64,000 nt of DNA, from the NCBI RefSeq assembly GCF_009914755.1, contig NC_060937.1, one strand, 5' to 3'. The translations under genes and the position numbers were made by a program. The stretch comes from the human T2T-CHM13v2.0 reference genome, Homo sapiens. The notes beneath the pieces are model-generated. The model did not search any database and had not been told where the DNA came from. It saw only the letters and a program-made list of their open reading frames with translations. The stretch's first letter is position 1; each line of letters begins with the position of its first letter. Of the stretch, positions 43,601 through 57,040 are shown piece after piece.

Positions 43601-44427
43601 TTGATTTTTTTTCTCAATTACAAAAGAAGCTGTTTCTTTTTATCAATTTCCTTTGGTGCTTTATTACTTTTTAGTTCACCAGTTAACTTTTATTCTTAAC
43701 ATTTTCAGCAAATTTTAGATGTAGGGATCATGAAGTGACAGAGTAATTAGGAAAATAATGAGACGGTTTCATTATCCAAACAAGGGAATAAGTTGGTTGT
43801 ATTTTATCTCCCACTTAGCTCTGTAGAGATCCTTCTAGTTTCTGCATTGTTCAGTCGATATCCAATTTAGTCTCAGGATAACTCCTTGTTTGTAATAACC
43901 TCCTAATAGGAGAGAATGTTTGAATTACCATAGATAAATCAGTGAATTTGGTGATAAAGGGAAAACAGAAACAGAATCTCTACACTTATTCCATGTTAGT
44001 AATAGACTATCCATGTCAGGCAACATATTAGCATGATATTGTTGCTTATATCTTGTGAAATTTATTCCTCATGGAAGAAGATGAGGAAGTCGTATCTTCA
44101 GCATTTGTATAATGAATTCCTGTAATATAGGGTGAGAAGAGCTTGAAAAGACCTCTTCTCATCCTAGATTAGAATGAGAAGAGCTTCTCACTATTTAACA
44201 ATTGCAGCTTAGCATCAGTAGCAGAGTATATTATAGTTATTAATATTAAAGTAAAGATTTCCTGATCCCTAAATTGTGCTTACATACCCTGTGCATGGAC
44301 AAGGACAGGTAATTGTTATGGGCCATTGGCTAAAAGATGTCAGTAGCTGCTGATTGTAACATAGGCAGAAGTTTGGATTCTCTAAGTAGTGCTTACAATT
44401 TAAATTAAATATTGGTAATAAGACTCT

Positions 44428-45023
44428 TGGAGTAATTTTGAAGATAGGTCCACAAATTTTTCGGTATCATTTCCCTCAAGAGGTGAACTTTAATTCTCTT
44501 TTGCGTGCCATCTAAACTTAGTTACTTGCGTCTAGCGAACAGAATATGTAAAAGTATAAGATGGCATTTCCAAGATTAGGTTACCTAAGACTTCAATATT
44601 CCTCTTGGATCTCTCTCTCTCTCTCTCTCTCTCCCCCTCCCTCTCTCCCTCTGTCATCATTCTGAGAGAAGCCAGTTGCAGTGTTGTGAGGGCACTCAGA
44701 TAGCCTACACAAGGCCCACATGTCAAGGAACTAAAGTCTGCAGCCAACAGCCAGCAAATGTGTGAGTTAATTCACATGCAGATGTCCTGAAGCTTGCCAA
44801 GAACCATGTAAGTGAACTTAGGAAGGCATCCTCCCTAATTAGAGGTTTGAGATAACTGCATCCCTGTTCCACAGCTTGACTATAATCTTATGAGAGACCC
44901 TGCTCTGGAATCATGCAGCTAAGATGCTCTTACATCTCTCATAGAAACTGGAACAATAAATATTTATCATTTTAAGGAGGAAATTTGGACTAACTTGTTT
45001 AGCAGCAACAGATCACTAATGCA
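44428..45023 (+). mobile_element. MaLR LTR (MLT1E/F-like) with internal (CT)n
   Basis: gaagccagttgcagtgttgtgag..aggcccacatgtcaaggaact..cagccaacagccagc..tgagagaccctg..gcagcaacagatcactaatgca. Confidence 0.85.
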
Positions 45024-47429
45024 ACTTCCAAAATATTCAAGACAAATGAAATAAGGATCTCTTTTCTAAATATCATAATTTTCTAATTCTAGATTTAGTA
45101 TGGTTTAAATGGGATATACTGGCTAGGCTTAAAGTTTTCTGAAAACTAGACTAAAAATAATAAGATTATAACAACAAAAAAGCTCTTAGTTCTCTTCTCA
45201 CATATGACATATATTTAGCTCCTCATCCAATTTAATTTAATGAAAGTAAAGCAATATACTTGGATGTTATACAGAATTTTATATACCTATATATTTAAAA
45301 TTCACTTACATGTTCTCTGATCTTTTAATCACAACAGCAATCAAGATTTTATTCTAACATAAACATGATTCTCTGTGGCTTTCATATCCTTTATTCCAAC
45401 ATCAATTTTTTGTCTATATCTGATGTCTTTAAAAGAGTTCTATGAAACACTTAAATAATTATTCCCTCTGCAGTTTTTACTTTTCACTAAATATGGATGT
45501 CAGATAGAATACTGATTTAAAATAAATTATACTATTTTATTTTATTCTAGTAAAATGACTAGTTTATTTCTCTTAGGAAATGAATGAGAAGAAAAAATAA
45601 TATAACGAAATTACTGATGTGGAGTTTTGGGTGATATTTATAATGTATTTATTGATATTTAACAGGGATTACTCAAGAGAAAAAAAACACAAATACTATC
45701 CTAAGTCATGTTTCAAAATAGGGCATTTAAAGAAGAAACAAAACAAAAAAGAACCAAGAAAACCCTCCTTTAAGCTGTATGTATACAGTTGTGTGCAGGG
45801 ATACTTATTATGCAGACCAGACAAAACAGGCATGCAATTTGCTTGTCTCAAGATAGATTTGAAAATGGAGAGCTCCATTAAAATGAAAGAACAATGTTTT
45901 TGCAGCCAGGGTCCTTGAAGCATGGTGGGTGTTGATTTTCTGTTTGCAAGTCTTTTTTTCATCTGTTCTTGTGCGTCTGTAGTTTCTTCCCTCTTTTATG
46001 ATTTGTCAGTGGTGCTGAATGCTGATGAGACAATACTTGGTATAAATATCCTAAGGCAATCATTTTCAGATGATGAATTCAGGATTTGAAAACTTAAGCT
46101 TTACTTTTATGGGTACAATTTGGTTCAGGTTGCCTAATTACATTTGGTTGCCCTGTGATTCCAAGAATAGCTAGGGAAGAAACAACTATGATATGCCAAA
46201 TTTAATGGGTATACAGGAAAAAATCATACAAAGGGGACAGAGGAAAAATTTAGAAACATTTCAGGTAACTTTTGTAAAATTTTCATAAAAAATAACAATG
46301 TTATATTTTGTTTAACATAAAAATTTCAATGAAAGAAAGTATTGTTCAACATTGATTAGAGTGAATCATACTAGAAAATGAACAATATTAGATAACAGAA
46401 AATCAGACTGAAATATCATATTGCCATTTATTAAGCATATGTCTTTGAAATACCACTATTTTTCAAATATCTTTAGCATGAAAGTGGGGTTATTGATATC
46501 TGCACTTTTTTCAGTTTTTTTTAAAAATGCCAAATTATGTGATTTATAAACCTCAAAATACTCTAACTTCAAATGACAGTGTTTACACAGATATCCAATA
46601 AGGTCATTCAGTCCAATAACATTAAATTTTAAAATTATAATTAAAGGTATATATGAACATAGTTTAAAAATTATACTTAATAAAATCACTTTTGATGACA
46701 AAAGGTGGAACTCTAACCTGTTCCTTTCTTTTCCACCCTCCCTTATAACATGAAATACTGTTATTTTGCCCTTTATCAACTTTAACATTATCTAGTAACA
46801 TCCTGTATCATAGAGGAAGCTTTACATCTTTTCTGTTAACAATTTTTAAAACCACTTCTTTTTTTTTCCTTTTTTTCAATGAGATTCATCACAATTGTTA
46901 ATTAAATATACAATCAATGTGTATCTTGTCATATAATTATAGTTCACTTCTGAGCTAAAGCATGTCATATATTGTTTCTTTCATTGCATATGTCTTTATT
47001 TTTTCCTAAACTTAATATTTTCCTTGCATGTATTAACTTAGTTTATAAAAGTTACATTACTATTTCAGCTGTTTCACCAGATCTGCTAAATACATGCCAA
47101 TATTTTCAAAATGCTTAACTGTGTAAATTATACTTCTTTTTTTGTCTTAGAGTCCTCCCTCTTGAATTCTTATTATTTTCTGCTTAATTTGGACTCTGGC
47201 CTGATGCACTGCTAATGACATGAAACGGTCCTTTCATTTGGGAGACTTCTACTTTGTAAGCTCCTCTGTCAGAACTCTTGTTCACTGGTTACTTGTGATA
47301 CTAGTTCCTGGTCAATTCATTGTTTGGTAAGGCACAGATTGCATTAGATTCCAAGAAAGAGCGCGTGGGAGATCAATTTTCTAGTATTTTACCTTAATTT
47401 TATATATTCACCTGGTTAATAGTTGATAT

Positions 47430-47890
47430 GGTTAATGGGTTGAATACCAGCCTCAAAAAGATATGTCTGTGCCTAACCCCCATAATCTGTAAATGTGACA
47501 TTATTCAAGAAACAAGTCTTTGCATATTTAAATTACATTAAAGATTTCCAGAAGATGTCATCCAGGGTTTAATATGGTTTCCAAATATAATGACCAGTGT
47601 TCTTGTGAGAAAAAAACGTAGGGAGATTTGAGATTCAAACATAAATGGGATAAGGTCACGTGGAGATGAAGTATAAAGATTAAAGTCATGCAGCCTGAAG
47701 CCAAGAAACATGTGAAGCCGCCATAAACCAGAAGAGACAAGGAAGGATTCTCCCCTAAAGCCATGGAAGGGAGCACGTCCTTCCCACCTTGCTTTTGGAC
47801 TCCTGGCCTCCATAATTATGAAGAATGCATTTTTGTTGTTTAAAACAACCAAATTTGCAGCTTGGTTATGCAGCTCTAGAAACAAGTAAA
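47430..47890 (+). mobile_element. MaLR LTR (MLT1C-like)
   Basis: gggttgaat..aaatgtgacattatt..gaagagacaaggaaggattctcccctaaagcc..ggactcctggcctcca..ttggttatgcagc. Confidence 0.88.
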
Positions 47891-48400
47891 GTAAAATAAA
47901 GAATTTTATGTAGGAAATGTTTTCAATCTTTCACCAACTATTGTATTTTGCATTATTTAATCTTGTTATATCACAATTCAATACTGTGTTTGGAAAACTC
48001 AAGAAAGTATGATTTTCAACAATTTGTATATAATATAAATTTTGTTTTGTTTCTCTTTAAAAGCTTTAAGACATTTGCTAACTCTCATGTCTGGAAATTG
48101 AATACTAATAACTTTGTATTACCATTATTGTACATTGAGATTGGCACTCATTGGATAACTAGAAAAGTCAAATTCTTCAGTCCTAGAAAATTTTCTGAAT
48201 GTTTGTTTTAATTAAAGGTATCTACCAGACATTTTCTCTTCCTTCTTTCATTCATTGTTATTATTTGATTCTAGAAGTCATTCCCATCTCATTGCTTCTC
48301 TCAATTTTTATTATTTTTGCCTTTTGCTTTATTTTAAATTTTGGAAAATACTGAGTTTTATTCATTGAACGTTGTATTGCTTTAATTCCTACCATTCTAT

Positions 48401-48940
48401 TTTTTAAAAATAATTTAACTTTTATTTTAAGTTCAGGGGTACATGTGCAGGTTTGTTATATAGGTAAATTTGTATCATGGGACTTTGTTTTACAGATTAT
48501 TTTATCACCGAGGTATTAAGTCTCGTACCCATTAGTTATTTTTCCTGATCCTCTCCCTCCTCCCACCCTTCACCCTCCAGCCTCTGAAAGTCCCCAGTGT
48601 ATGTTGTTCCCCTCCATGTGTTCTCATCTTTAGCTCCCACTTATAAGTGAGAACATGAGGTGTTTGGTTTTCTGTTCCTGTGTTAGTTTGCTAAGGATAA
48701 TGGCCTCCAGCTCCATTTGTGTCCATGAAAAGGACATGATCTCATTCTTTTTTATGGCTGCATGGCATATCATAATGCATATGTACCACATTTTCTTTAT
48801 CTAGTCTAACATTGAGGGGCATTTGGGTTGATTCCATGTCTTTGCTATTGTAATAGTGCTGCAGTGAACATATGCATGCATGCGTCTTTATAATAGAACA
48901 ATTTATATTCATTTAGGTATATACCCAGTAATGGGATGGC
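48401..48940 (-). mobile_element. L1PA11-13 3' end
   Basis: acttttattttaagttcaggggtacatgtgcaggtttgttatataggtaaa; TSD ccattct(a/t)ttt at 48392 and 48941. Confidence 0.93.
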
Positions 48941-50074
48941 CCATTCTTTTTCTACATTTTTAATTTCTTCCAATTATTTATTCTAAATAAACATTTTCTA
49001 TTACATTTCTAATATATAAAACATAGTTTCTAACAATTTTTTTCTCCTATTTCCTTCTATTTCTGTTTTATCAGTCTTCTGATTTTTAATAGTTTGTTTT
49101 GTTTTTTCTTTACTATCGGAGAAGTTCTTCATGTGTCCACTATTGGCTTTTCAATCATATTTATTTAGAATTTTAATGCTTAGGGTTTTTCAATGACTGA
49201 ACTATTTTAATGAGCTATAAATGATGACTAGTCAATAGCTTATGTCATAAGTGCAACCCACATATATCAGTATAGAAGTCTTTTCTTGAGAGCAGTTCAT
49301 TATCCTCCAGGAAAAAATCCTCCAAATCCTTCAACTTAAGGTCTGAGTAGGGACATTTTGAAAAATGAGCAAAAAGAGGAAGCTTGGTTATCCATTGTTC
49401 AGAGTGAAATTATTTTTCACTTAAATTTCCAGTTCTTCAAGTCTGTGTCTCCCACACACACTTGTTTTCTTTACCTGAAGAAATCTAACTGAAAAGTGTT
49501 CCAGAAAATAGATGTTTATCACTAAAGGGTAGAAATTAGAGCTTGAAAGTGGAGGGAAAAGACTTAGAGGCCTAACTAATACCAGTGATGATTTTCTTAT
49601 TTTCTTTCCTTTCCTAATACCTTAGTCCTGTAACTTCTGAGACTTTGAAAGTTTCTACTAGTCAAATTGACTTATTTTTCCTTTGGGATCTGTTCTATAA
49701 AAACCAAGGTTCAGTTCATTTTTTCTCTCCTTCATATTATCTTTGATAAGTGATCTCCAGCACTGTCTTCTGTCAAAGATTAAGTTGTGTCTCATTTATT
49801 TTGGAATATTCAGTGCTCGGCGCACTTTTTGAAACAGCAGATTTAGTATAATTGCATTATGAATTGTTACAATATATTTTGTAGCCCATAAGTCTTTAAG
49901 CTAGAAGAAATGGTGTAACCAAAATAAAAAAATAAAAGTTTTATTATAAATTAACTCTTGTTTCTTATTTATATTTAACAATAGACTATTCTAAGAGAAA
50001 TGCATGTCAAATGAGAGCCAATGCATTTTTGATGATATTGAAGAAATAAATTTATCTAAACTCTTTTTTCTTGA

Positions 50075-50312
50075 CATGTTTATGTTTCATAGGCTTTAAT
50101 GGGATATGATTTATATAATGTTATGACATTTTAAGTGTACAGTATTAATGCTTTTTAGTATTTTTACAGAATTACATATTGATATTCATAATCTAACTTT
50201 AAAATATTTCCATCATTTCAGAGTAAATTCTATCTTGTTTGCATTCACTCCTCACAATCACCTAGGCCCTAGACATCCATTAATTTATTTTCTGTCTTTC
50301 TAAATGAGCCTT
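50075..50312 (-). mobile_element. L1MB/ME 3' end fragment
   Basis: cattttaagtgtacagt..tttttagtatttttacaga..aactttaaaatatttccatca..taatttattttctgtct. Confidence 0.65.
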
Positions 50313-50313
50313 T

Positions 50314-50609
50314 GCCATTATCCTTAGCAAATTAATGCAGGAGCAGAAAACCAGGTACCCCATGTTCTCACTTATAAGTGAGAGCCAAATGATGAGAACA
50401 CATGGATGTGTACAGGGGAACAACACACACTGGGTACATTTGGAGGGTGGAGAGTGGGGAGAGAGAGAGGATCAGGAAAAATAACTAATGGGTATTAGGC
50501 TCAATACCCGGGTGGTGAGATAATCTGTACAACAAACCCTCATGACACAGTTTACCTATGTAAAAAACCTGCACATGTAACCCTGAACTTAAAATAAAAG
50601 TTAAAAAAA
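50314..50609 (+). mobile_element. L1PA11-13 3' end
   Basis: gccattatccttagcaaattaatgcagga..gaggatcaggaaaaataactaatggg..cctgaacttaaaataaaagtt plus A tail. Confidence 0.93.
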
Positions 50610-51309
50610 TGAGGGAAAAGAAGGAGCAAACCTCAAAAGTATTAAGTTAAGTAAAAGAAGTAGCTTTCAAAAAGATTGCATAATTTATAATACCGCTTAT
50701 CTAAACTGCTTTACAAGGGATACACTTATCCTATTATTAAGATTGAAAATGTACAAATAGGTCTAAAATTTGGGAAATGATGGTGTGATGTATTATTACA
50801 TACTGTAAGAGCAATCTCCAAATAAAGATGCTCCATGCATAATTTAAGATCTCACAGGAATTCCACCAAGTCTTAACTAAAATTGTTAAATCTACACTAA
50901 GAACCATATAAAATCTATGCAAAATGAATATAAAATAGTTTTGATTAACAATGAATGGCATGTTTTCTGATAAATTAGCAAATATTTGATTTGAAATATA
51001 AAGAATAACAGAAATGTGAAAAAGTAATAAATTCAACACAAAAGGGTGACATGATGAAACTTCCTCCAGTGATTCTAGATATTATGACTGTTTCAGTATG
51101 AACAAAATTATCAATGAAAAGGTTGCATCAATTAAGTGTTTTTTGAAAAGTAATGTAGAATTAGAGATAAACCAGAATTAAAAATATACAGGTTCCAGAA
51201 AAAAAAAAAAGACTGAATTCGGTAGTTAAATCAGTCATAATTAAAGACAGAGTAAGATAAAATATCTAAGTTTTTTTTTATTTGAGCAATCATAATTTAA
51301 AAGCCACAA

Positions 51310-51760
51310 TAAAAAGACAACTCCCAGGCTACTTTCATCACAGAATCATTGCAGAGAAGGCAATAATGTCAAGGATGTGGAATATATCTACTTAAAAATA
51401 GCAAATAAAATATTTCATAAGTGTCATGGAATAGTGATAAAAAATTCAAATTGACTTGGATAAAAGCAGAGCCTTGTGGATATAAAACTGACTGAAGTAT
51501 AACAAACAAAATGTCAGAGTATTTAATGGAGTGCCACAGGGATCAGTGTGAGGGCTGATCTTATTTAACAACTTAATTAATGATCTGGAAGATGGAGAAA
51601 ACAGTATGTAAATGAAATTTGTAGCTGATATCAAATTGGAAGTTTTGCCAACACCAATTAAGATAGCAAAATTGTTTTAAAAGAGAAGTTACAGAGGTTA
51701 GAAATATAAAGAAGAAAAAGCAAATCATATGCTTAATTTATTAGAAGAGAATAACAAATA
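51310..51760 (+). mobile_element. CR1/L3 LINE reverse-transcriptase fossil
   Basis: 51525-51644 translates NGVPQGSV*GLILFNNLINDLEDGENSM*MKFVADIKLEV, matching CR1 RT GVPQGSVLGPxLFNIFINDL..KFADDTKLGG. Confidence 0.85.
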
Positions 51761-52309
51761 AACTTTGAAAAAAATGAGTAATACTTACCTTTAAAATACT
51801 GGAAACAGAATGAGAATGTAAGAGAATTTTAAAAACAAACTGCCAAAAAAATTTTTAAAACTTTGACATTTCTTGAGGGTTCAAATACTCTAAAATGTGT
51901 AATCTCTTTTTTCAAATGCCAAGGTTGATATATCTATATTAAAGCTCAGAAAACAATATAACTAAAGTAAATTTAATAATAGAAGTAATGCTGAAGTTTT
52001 ATAGGACTTACTTCTTTATGACAGACACAGTAAATTTGGGAAGAACATATTGGCAATTAATTCAGTTTAATATAGCTACTACAATATGATTTACAGCTGT
52101 ATGATACATTCACTTCTATCAGTAAATGGTTTGTTGTCCACATCAGTAGAGTTGCTTTGATAAGGAATTCCTAAAATAAATTTTTCTTGAATAGAATTTT
52201 TTGGCACATAGAGTTGCATGATTCAACAAGGCATCACAAGAAGATAAAAGACTTCAAATTGAGAGAGATGTATTTTTATATGAGTGCTGCTTATCATCAA
52301 AAAACATCA

Positions 52310-52432
52310 TCACCTTTCTCTGTAAATGAGATAGATATCTAAATGCATAACATTGTTGTAGGGATTAAGAGAAGCACATTTTAAAAATACCAAACATTAT
52401 GCATGTCATATTGTTGGTGCTCAATACATATT
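52310..52432 (+). mobile_element. MIR 3' fragment
   Basis: tctgtaaatgagatag..ttgttgtagggattaagag..gtgctcaatacatatt. Confidence 0.6.
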
Positions 52433-52599
52433 CGCGCCCTCAGTTTGGAATTTATTCCTGCAGTAGAACCAATAAACCTCATGGATTGCAGAACTGGTCG
52501 AAAACATCAGTGGAGGCAATTTTATAACTTTTCTTACAGAATGATGTAATTGGAAAAAATATCTAAAAAATATCTACTCAAGTAGAGTCAAAATGAATG

Positions 52600-54300
52600 T
52601 GTGTCTATTTACAAGTAATTATTGAGTGGAAACTATGGGTCAGGCACTGTTCCAGACATTGGAAACTCAATGGAAAGAAAATGAAACAAAAAATATCCTC
52701 TGTCTTCCCAGAGTTTATATTCCAAAGGAGGGAAGCAGACACAATCCAGTAAGCAATCATTTACATATGTGAATCTGTAAGTGCTATAGGAAAAAGTACA
52801 TCTGTAAAATGGGGGTGGGGCTGTGGAATTCCCACCCAGCAATGGGGATGGTGGCATATTTGGGAGATGCTTGGGAAGATATCTGAGCAGAGGCCTGGAG
52901 TAAATAAGCAAATCTGCAGGTATTTGTGAAGTGGAATTTCTGCCAAGATGAGAGCCAAGGCAAGGACTCTGAGATAGACAGTGTGTGGTGTTTCCTGGTA
53001 CCTGTAAGAAGGCCAGTGACATGGAGCTCACAGAATGAGGAAATTGACAGAATAAGAGGGAGAAGAGACTCTGCTAAAACTGGTGCTATTTAGACATTAG
53101 TGATAGTTCTATATTAATGCTGATAGTTAGACATTATTCCAAGTACAATAAAAAGCCATTGGAAGACACGAAATGGAAGGGTGAAATTGTTTTCCTTGAT
53201 TGTTTTTAATGGAAGGCCTCAGCTGCTGTGTGGTGAATAATTAGAAGTAAATCACAGAAGTAAAAGTTCTAGCAGAGAGACCATTTATGAGTCAATTACA
53301 ATAATGCAGGAGTCCGAAAATAATGGAGGAGGTAAGAAGGCATCAAACCCTGGAAATGTGTTGAAAATAAAACTCAAGTAATTTACTTGTTTAATAGATG
53401 TGGAGTATAAGGAATCAAAGATGATTGCAGAAATTTATCCTGAGCAAATAAAGAACAGAGTTTATGTTTATTGAAGTGGATAATACAACAGAAGGAGCAA
53501 GTCTATTGCCTATAGGAGGGTGGAAATCAGCACTTCAAATTTGGTTATAATGTACTGACTTTTAAGTCATCCAATTGGATATGCAAATGAGGAAGTAAGA
53601 TATACAAATTTGGAGTCCAGGAAAAATAGGGCCTCAAGATATAAATTTGGGAGCTAACAGTTTATAGAAAACTTTTAAAACCTTGAGCTTGACTGAGCAT
53701 AGATAGATGAGAGAAGAGGTCCAAGACCCAGGACACTCCAGAGTATAGAGATTAAGAGATGAGGAAGCACCAGGAAAGGAGATTCAGATACATGAGAAAA
53801 TTTGTCTCTCTGCAATGTATCATTTCATTATAGATTATGGCAAGAACACGTGCTGCTCTAGAGGCCTGGTAAAACACAAAGGAAGAAATGGTTGAACTTT
53901 GGTTTCAAGATGGAATTTTGGAAATAGAAGTGAAGGGAACAATTATAACAAACTTTAAATTGTCTTGTTTTCTATGGGGAGCAGAGAGATGAGGCTAGAG
54001 AGGTACATAGAATCAAGAGAGTTTTACAACATGGTGTGACATTACGGAACGTTTTATGATGAATGATTCTATGAGAGGAAGGACTTGATATCTCAGGTGA
54101 GAGAAGATATAACTTTTGGACCTGAATGTTAGTACGTGACAGGAAACAGGACTCAGTTGACAGGTGGGCAGAAGGTGGGTTATGTGGGTAAGAAATTTGT
54201 TTGTAGATGTGGGGGTGAAAGCATATGGATATTATCAGAAAGTTAAAATGTGGCAGAATGCCGGGGGCTTGAAGAAGGAGGAAGTGTAAAATCTCATATA
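52600..54300 (-). mobile_element. L2a LINE, ~1.7 kb
   Basis: Starts with antisense L2 3' end (attattgagtggaaactatgggtcaggcactgttc); later agatataaatttgggag and gagaagaggtccaagac. Confidence 0.8.
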
Positions 54301-55117
54301 GAACAAGAATAATCTAAGGAAATGAGATATCATTGTCCCCCACACAGGACTTTATTAGAAGACACAAATTTGAGTTCCAGTCAGCATGCTTTTACTGTTT
54401 TCTACAATCTCACTTAACTGCTTTGGTGCAGTTTCAGAGAGAGTAGGATTTAACTAGGGTTGTGTGAGAAATGATAGAGGGGACTGGATATTAAGAACAT
54501 ATTCAGGACAGTTTTTATAATGTTGTGCCATGAACTGTAAGCAACATAAAAGAGAGGAATGATGACAAGATACAATGAAAGCTTCTGCAGCCTTAGTAAA
54601 TCTTTTTCTTACTGTGCATGCACATGGCTGTGCAATAACAAACATTATATAATAAATATAAGCATTCTGAGTGCTGTTCAGAGCCAAATTATTTTTTGTA
54701 AAGCTTCATAACAATACACCATAATTTACAATACCACACATGTGCTTGCTATTAGGCAAATCTAGCTAGGTATCTGAGAGACATACCATTTTTATAAAAC
54801 CCCACTATCCAACATTCTAGCTCAGTGGAATCTCTGCTCCAGACTCTTAGGAGTTAATTTATCACTGAGAAAGGGTTGCCTTTTAGGCAACCCTAAAAAG
54901 CAGATGCCTAGCATCTATGCCTATGTTGCAGATATAAAAAGAAATTTGCTTCCAATAGTTCATGAGTTACAATGGATTCCGTGAAAGTGTTTGAGGGGTT
55001 GAAGATGTGTAGGTTATGTGGGAATTGTAGGGAATGTACAAACTTTGATGAAGAGGAACTTGTTGGGATCATGGGTTTTATATAATAAAATATATTATAT
55101 TTGTAAGGAATTTCTGA

Positions 55118-55562
55118 TATCACAGCTTAAGTTCTCTGGGAAGACAACCCCAAGAGTGAGATCAGAGTGTACAACATTTATTAAGGTGATGCCTAGTGAT
55201 CAAAACTTGTGAAAATGAGGGGAAAGAAACAGGGCTGGGCAAAAGGAGAGCTCTGGCTACAAGGCAGTTCTATCAAAGGCCTTAGTTCATTCCACTGTAG
55301 CCACTAGAGCTAGATGATCCCTCTAGGCTGTTCAGAGTTGGGGAGAAGGGTAGGCCTTTTTACCCTTGCCTTGATCAGTAATTTGTGGTAGGGCCACCTT
55401 ATGAAGGAGACGTGAATCGGGCAAAGCAGCTGTCTTCTGTGTAGGAAATAACTAGAGAGGACTAATAGATGAGATCCATCTGCTGGCAGAACTTCCAGCA
55501 TTTGTGGGGACAAGTCCCTAATGCAGAATAGAGATCTGAACGATGTAGTAAAGCATCCAGCA
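55118..55562 (-). mobile_element. ERVL solo LTR (LTR16A-like)
   Basis: gttctctgggaagaca..acatttattaagg..cagggctgggcaaaaggagag..gagatctgaacgatgtagtaaagcatcc follows antisense LTR16A. Confidence 0.7.
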
Positions 55563-56889
55563 CCTTTGATTTCAATGGGCAGTGCCCTAGCACTTCTTCT
55601 GGATATCATATTTAAAAAAGTAAAAGAAAGGAAAATGAAAGAAAGAAACCTGCAATTTGTGATATTTTGTATGTAAATGGAAAAAACTACTTAGGTTCTT
55701 TCTGAATTCTTAAGAATTCTATTATTTGCATGACAAAGTATCTATCTTAACTGGTAAATTTGTTGTTGAAATACCTATTATGGTTTTATTAAAAAATTAG
55801 TTGACAACAATTAAAAATACAACTTTAGCACCACAATATTATATTTATATACTCCCCAAAATTAGATAAATTATCTGAATATTAATTTTGGGTTTAATAT
55901 TATACAACTTCATGACTCAGATTACATATTTATATATTTTATTATATTTTACTGCATTTTTATCTGATTTATAAAAAGCTATTCATCCGTTACAGCTTCT
56001 ATCTTCTGGCACTAATAACTACTTTTTACAATGATAAAATAAAAAAATGCAATTTAAAATTTATCTTTAAGATTGATAATTATGTTCCAGATTCTAACTT
56101 ATGGTAAAACTATGGTCCAAATCCCATCTTACATTTGCACAACAGAATTCATATATTTAATAAAAAGGTAAAGAAATTGCTAGATATCCTGAGCATTATA
56201 TCATTTTTGAGAACTGCAATAGTCATCGACTGGTCAATATTTGCATATGTTTGTGCTTGTATTGGATGTATTTCCTGAAGAACTAGAACATAAAATTTAG
56301 AGAGATAAATCAGAATTATTTCACTTTTCTAAAATACAGAAAACGTGTGCTCATTAATTTTATTTTTCCTTTTCAAGGAAAATAGCATTTAAAATTAAAA
56401 TTGCTTTATGAATTGCTTAAAATATCTCAGAAAAAATAATAAGATCAAATTCAGTTAGTTTCAAATTATCTATGGAAGGTGTTAATATAAAGCAAGATGG
56501 AATTTTCATTTGCAGTGAAGTACTCATCTATCAAAGTGAATTAACTTTTCAGCTAAACAAGTACCCTTTAATCAATGGTGTCTTCTGAACATCTGTCCAA
56601 GTTGGCTTGTTATACATGAGTTTTATCCCTGCCTACAGTTGAGATTGCAAGCTCATAAAAAAAAAAACAAAAACGGTGCTGTGGCTATATTTCAGATGCT
56701 GCTTTTTCTAGGCTCAGTCTGCCACACTCCCTTTGCTTTAATCTCACTTATTGTAGGTTGGTTCTGCGTTCCTATTTGTCTCAAGCTCTTTGGATCAACA
56801 TGATTGTTAAGGGTTTGACTTATTTTAGCTTACCTCAGATGCAAATCCTTCCTCTGTGCTCACAATCTGTCCTGTCTTTTTGGACAGTG

Positions 56890-57040
56890 ATTATTCATTT
56901 GTTACACAGATACTTATTACTGATAGTATTGCATCCACACTGGACATGCAATAGCCCTTACTCTCAAAGAGCTTAAAGATCATATGGAAAAAAAAGAAAT
57001 GTAAATAAAAAATAGAAGTTAGCAGAGAATCTTTTGGAGC
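56890..57040 (-). mobile_element. L2 3' fragment
   Basis: attcatttgttacacagatacttatt..cccttactctcaaagagctta. Confidence 0.45.

Larger units (their letters stand above)
46760..49700 (-). mobile_element. HAL1/L1ME-like remnant interrupted by MLT1C and L1PA
   Basis: T-rich antisense LINE-like segments (aagaaagagcgcgtgggagatcaattttct; ttcttcagtcctagaaaattttct); boundaries loose. Confidence 0.35.

Noticed and set aside
52633-53031. 132-aa Pro/Leu-rich minus-strand ORF
   Set aside because: Lies within the L2a 3' region; ends in the typical L2 tail translation (PPLEYKLWEDRG)
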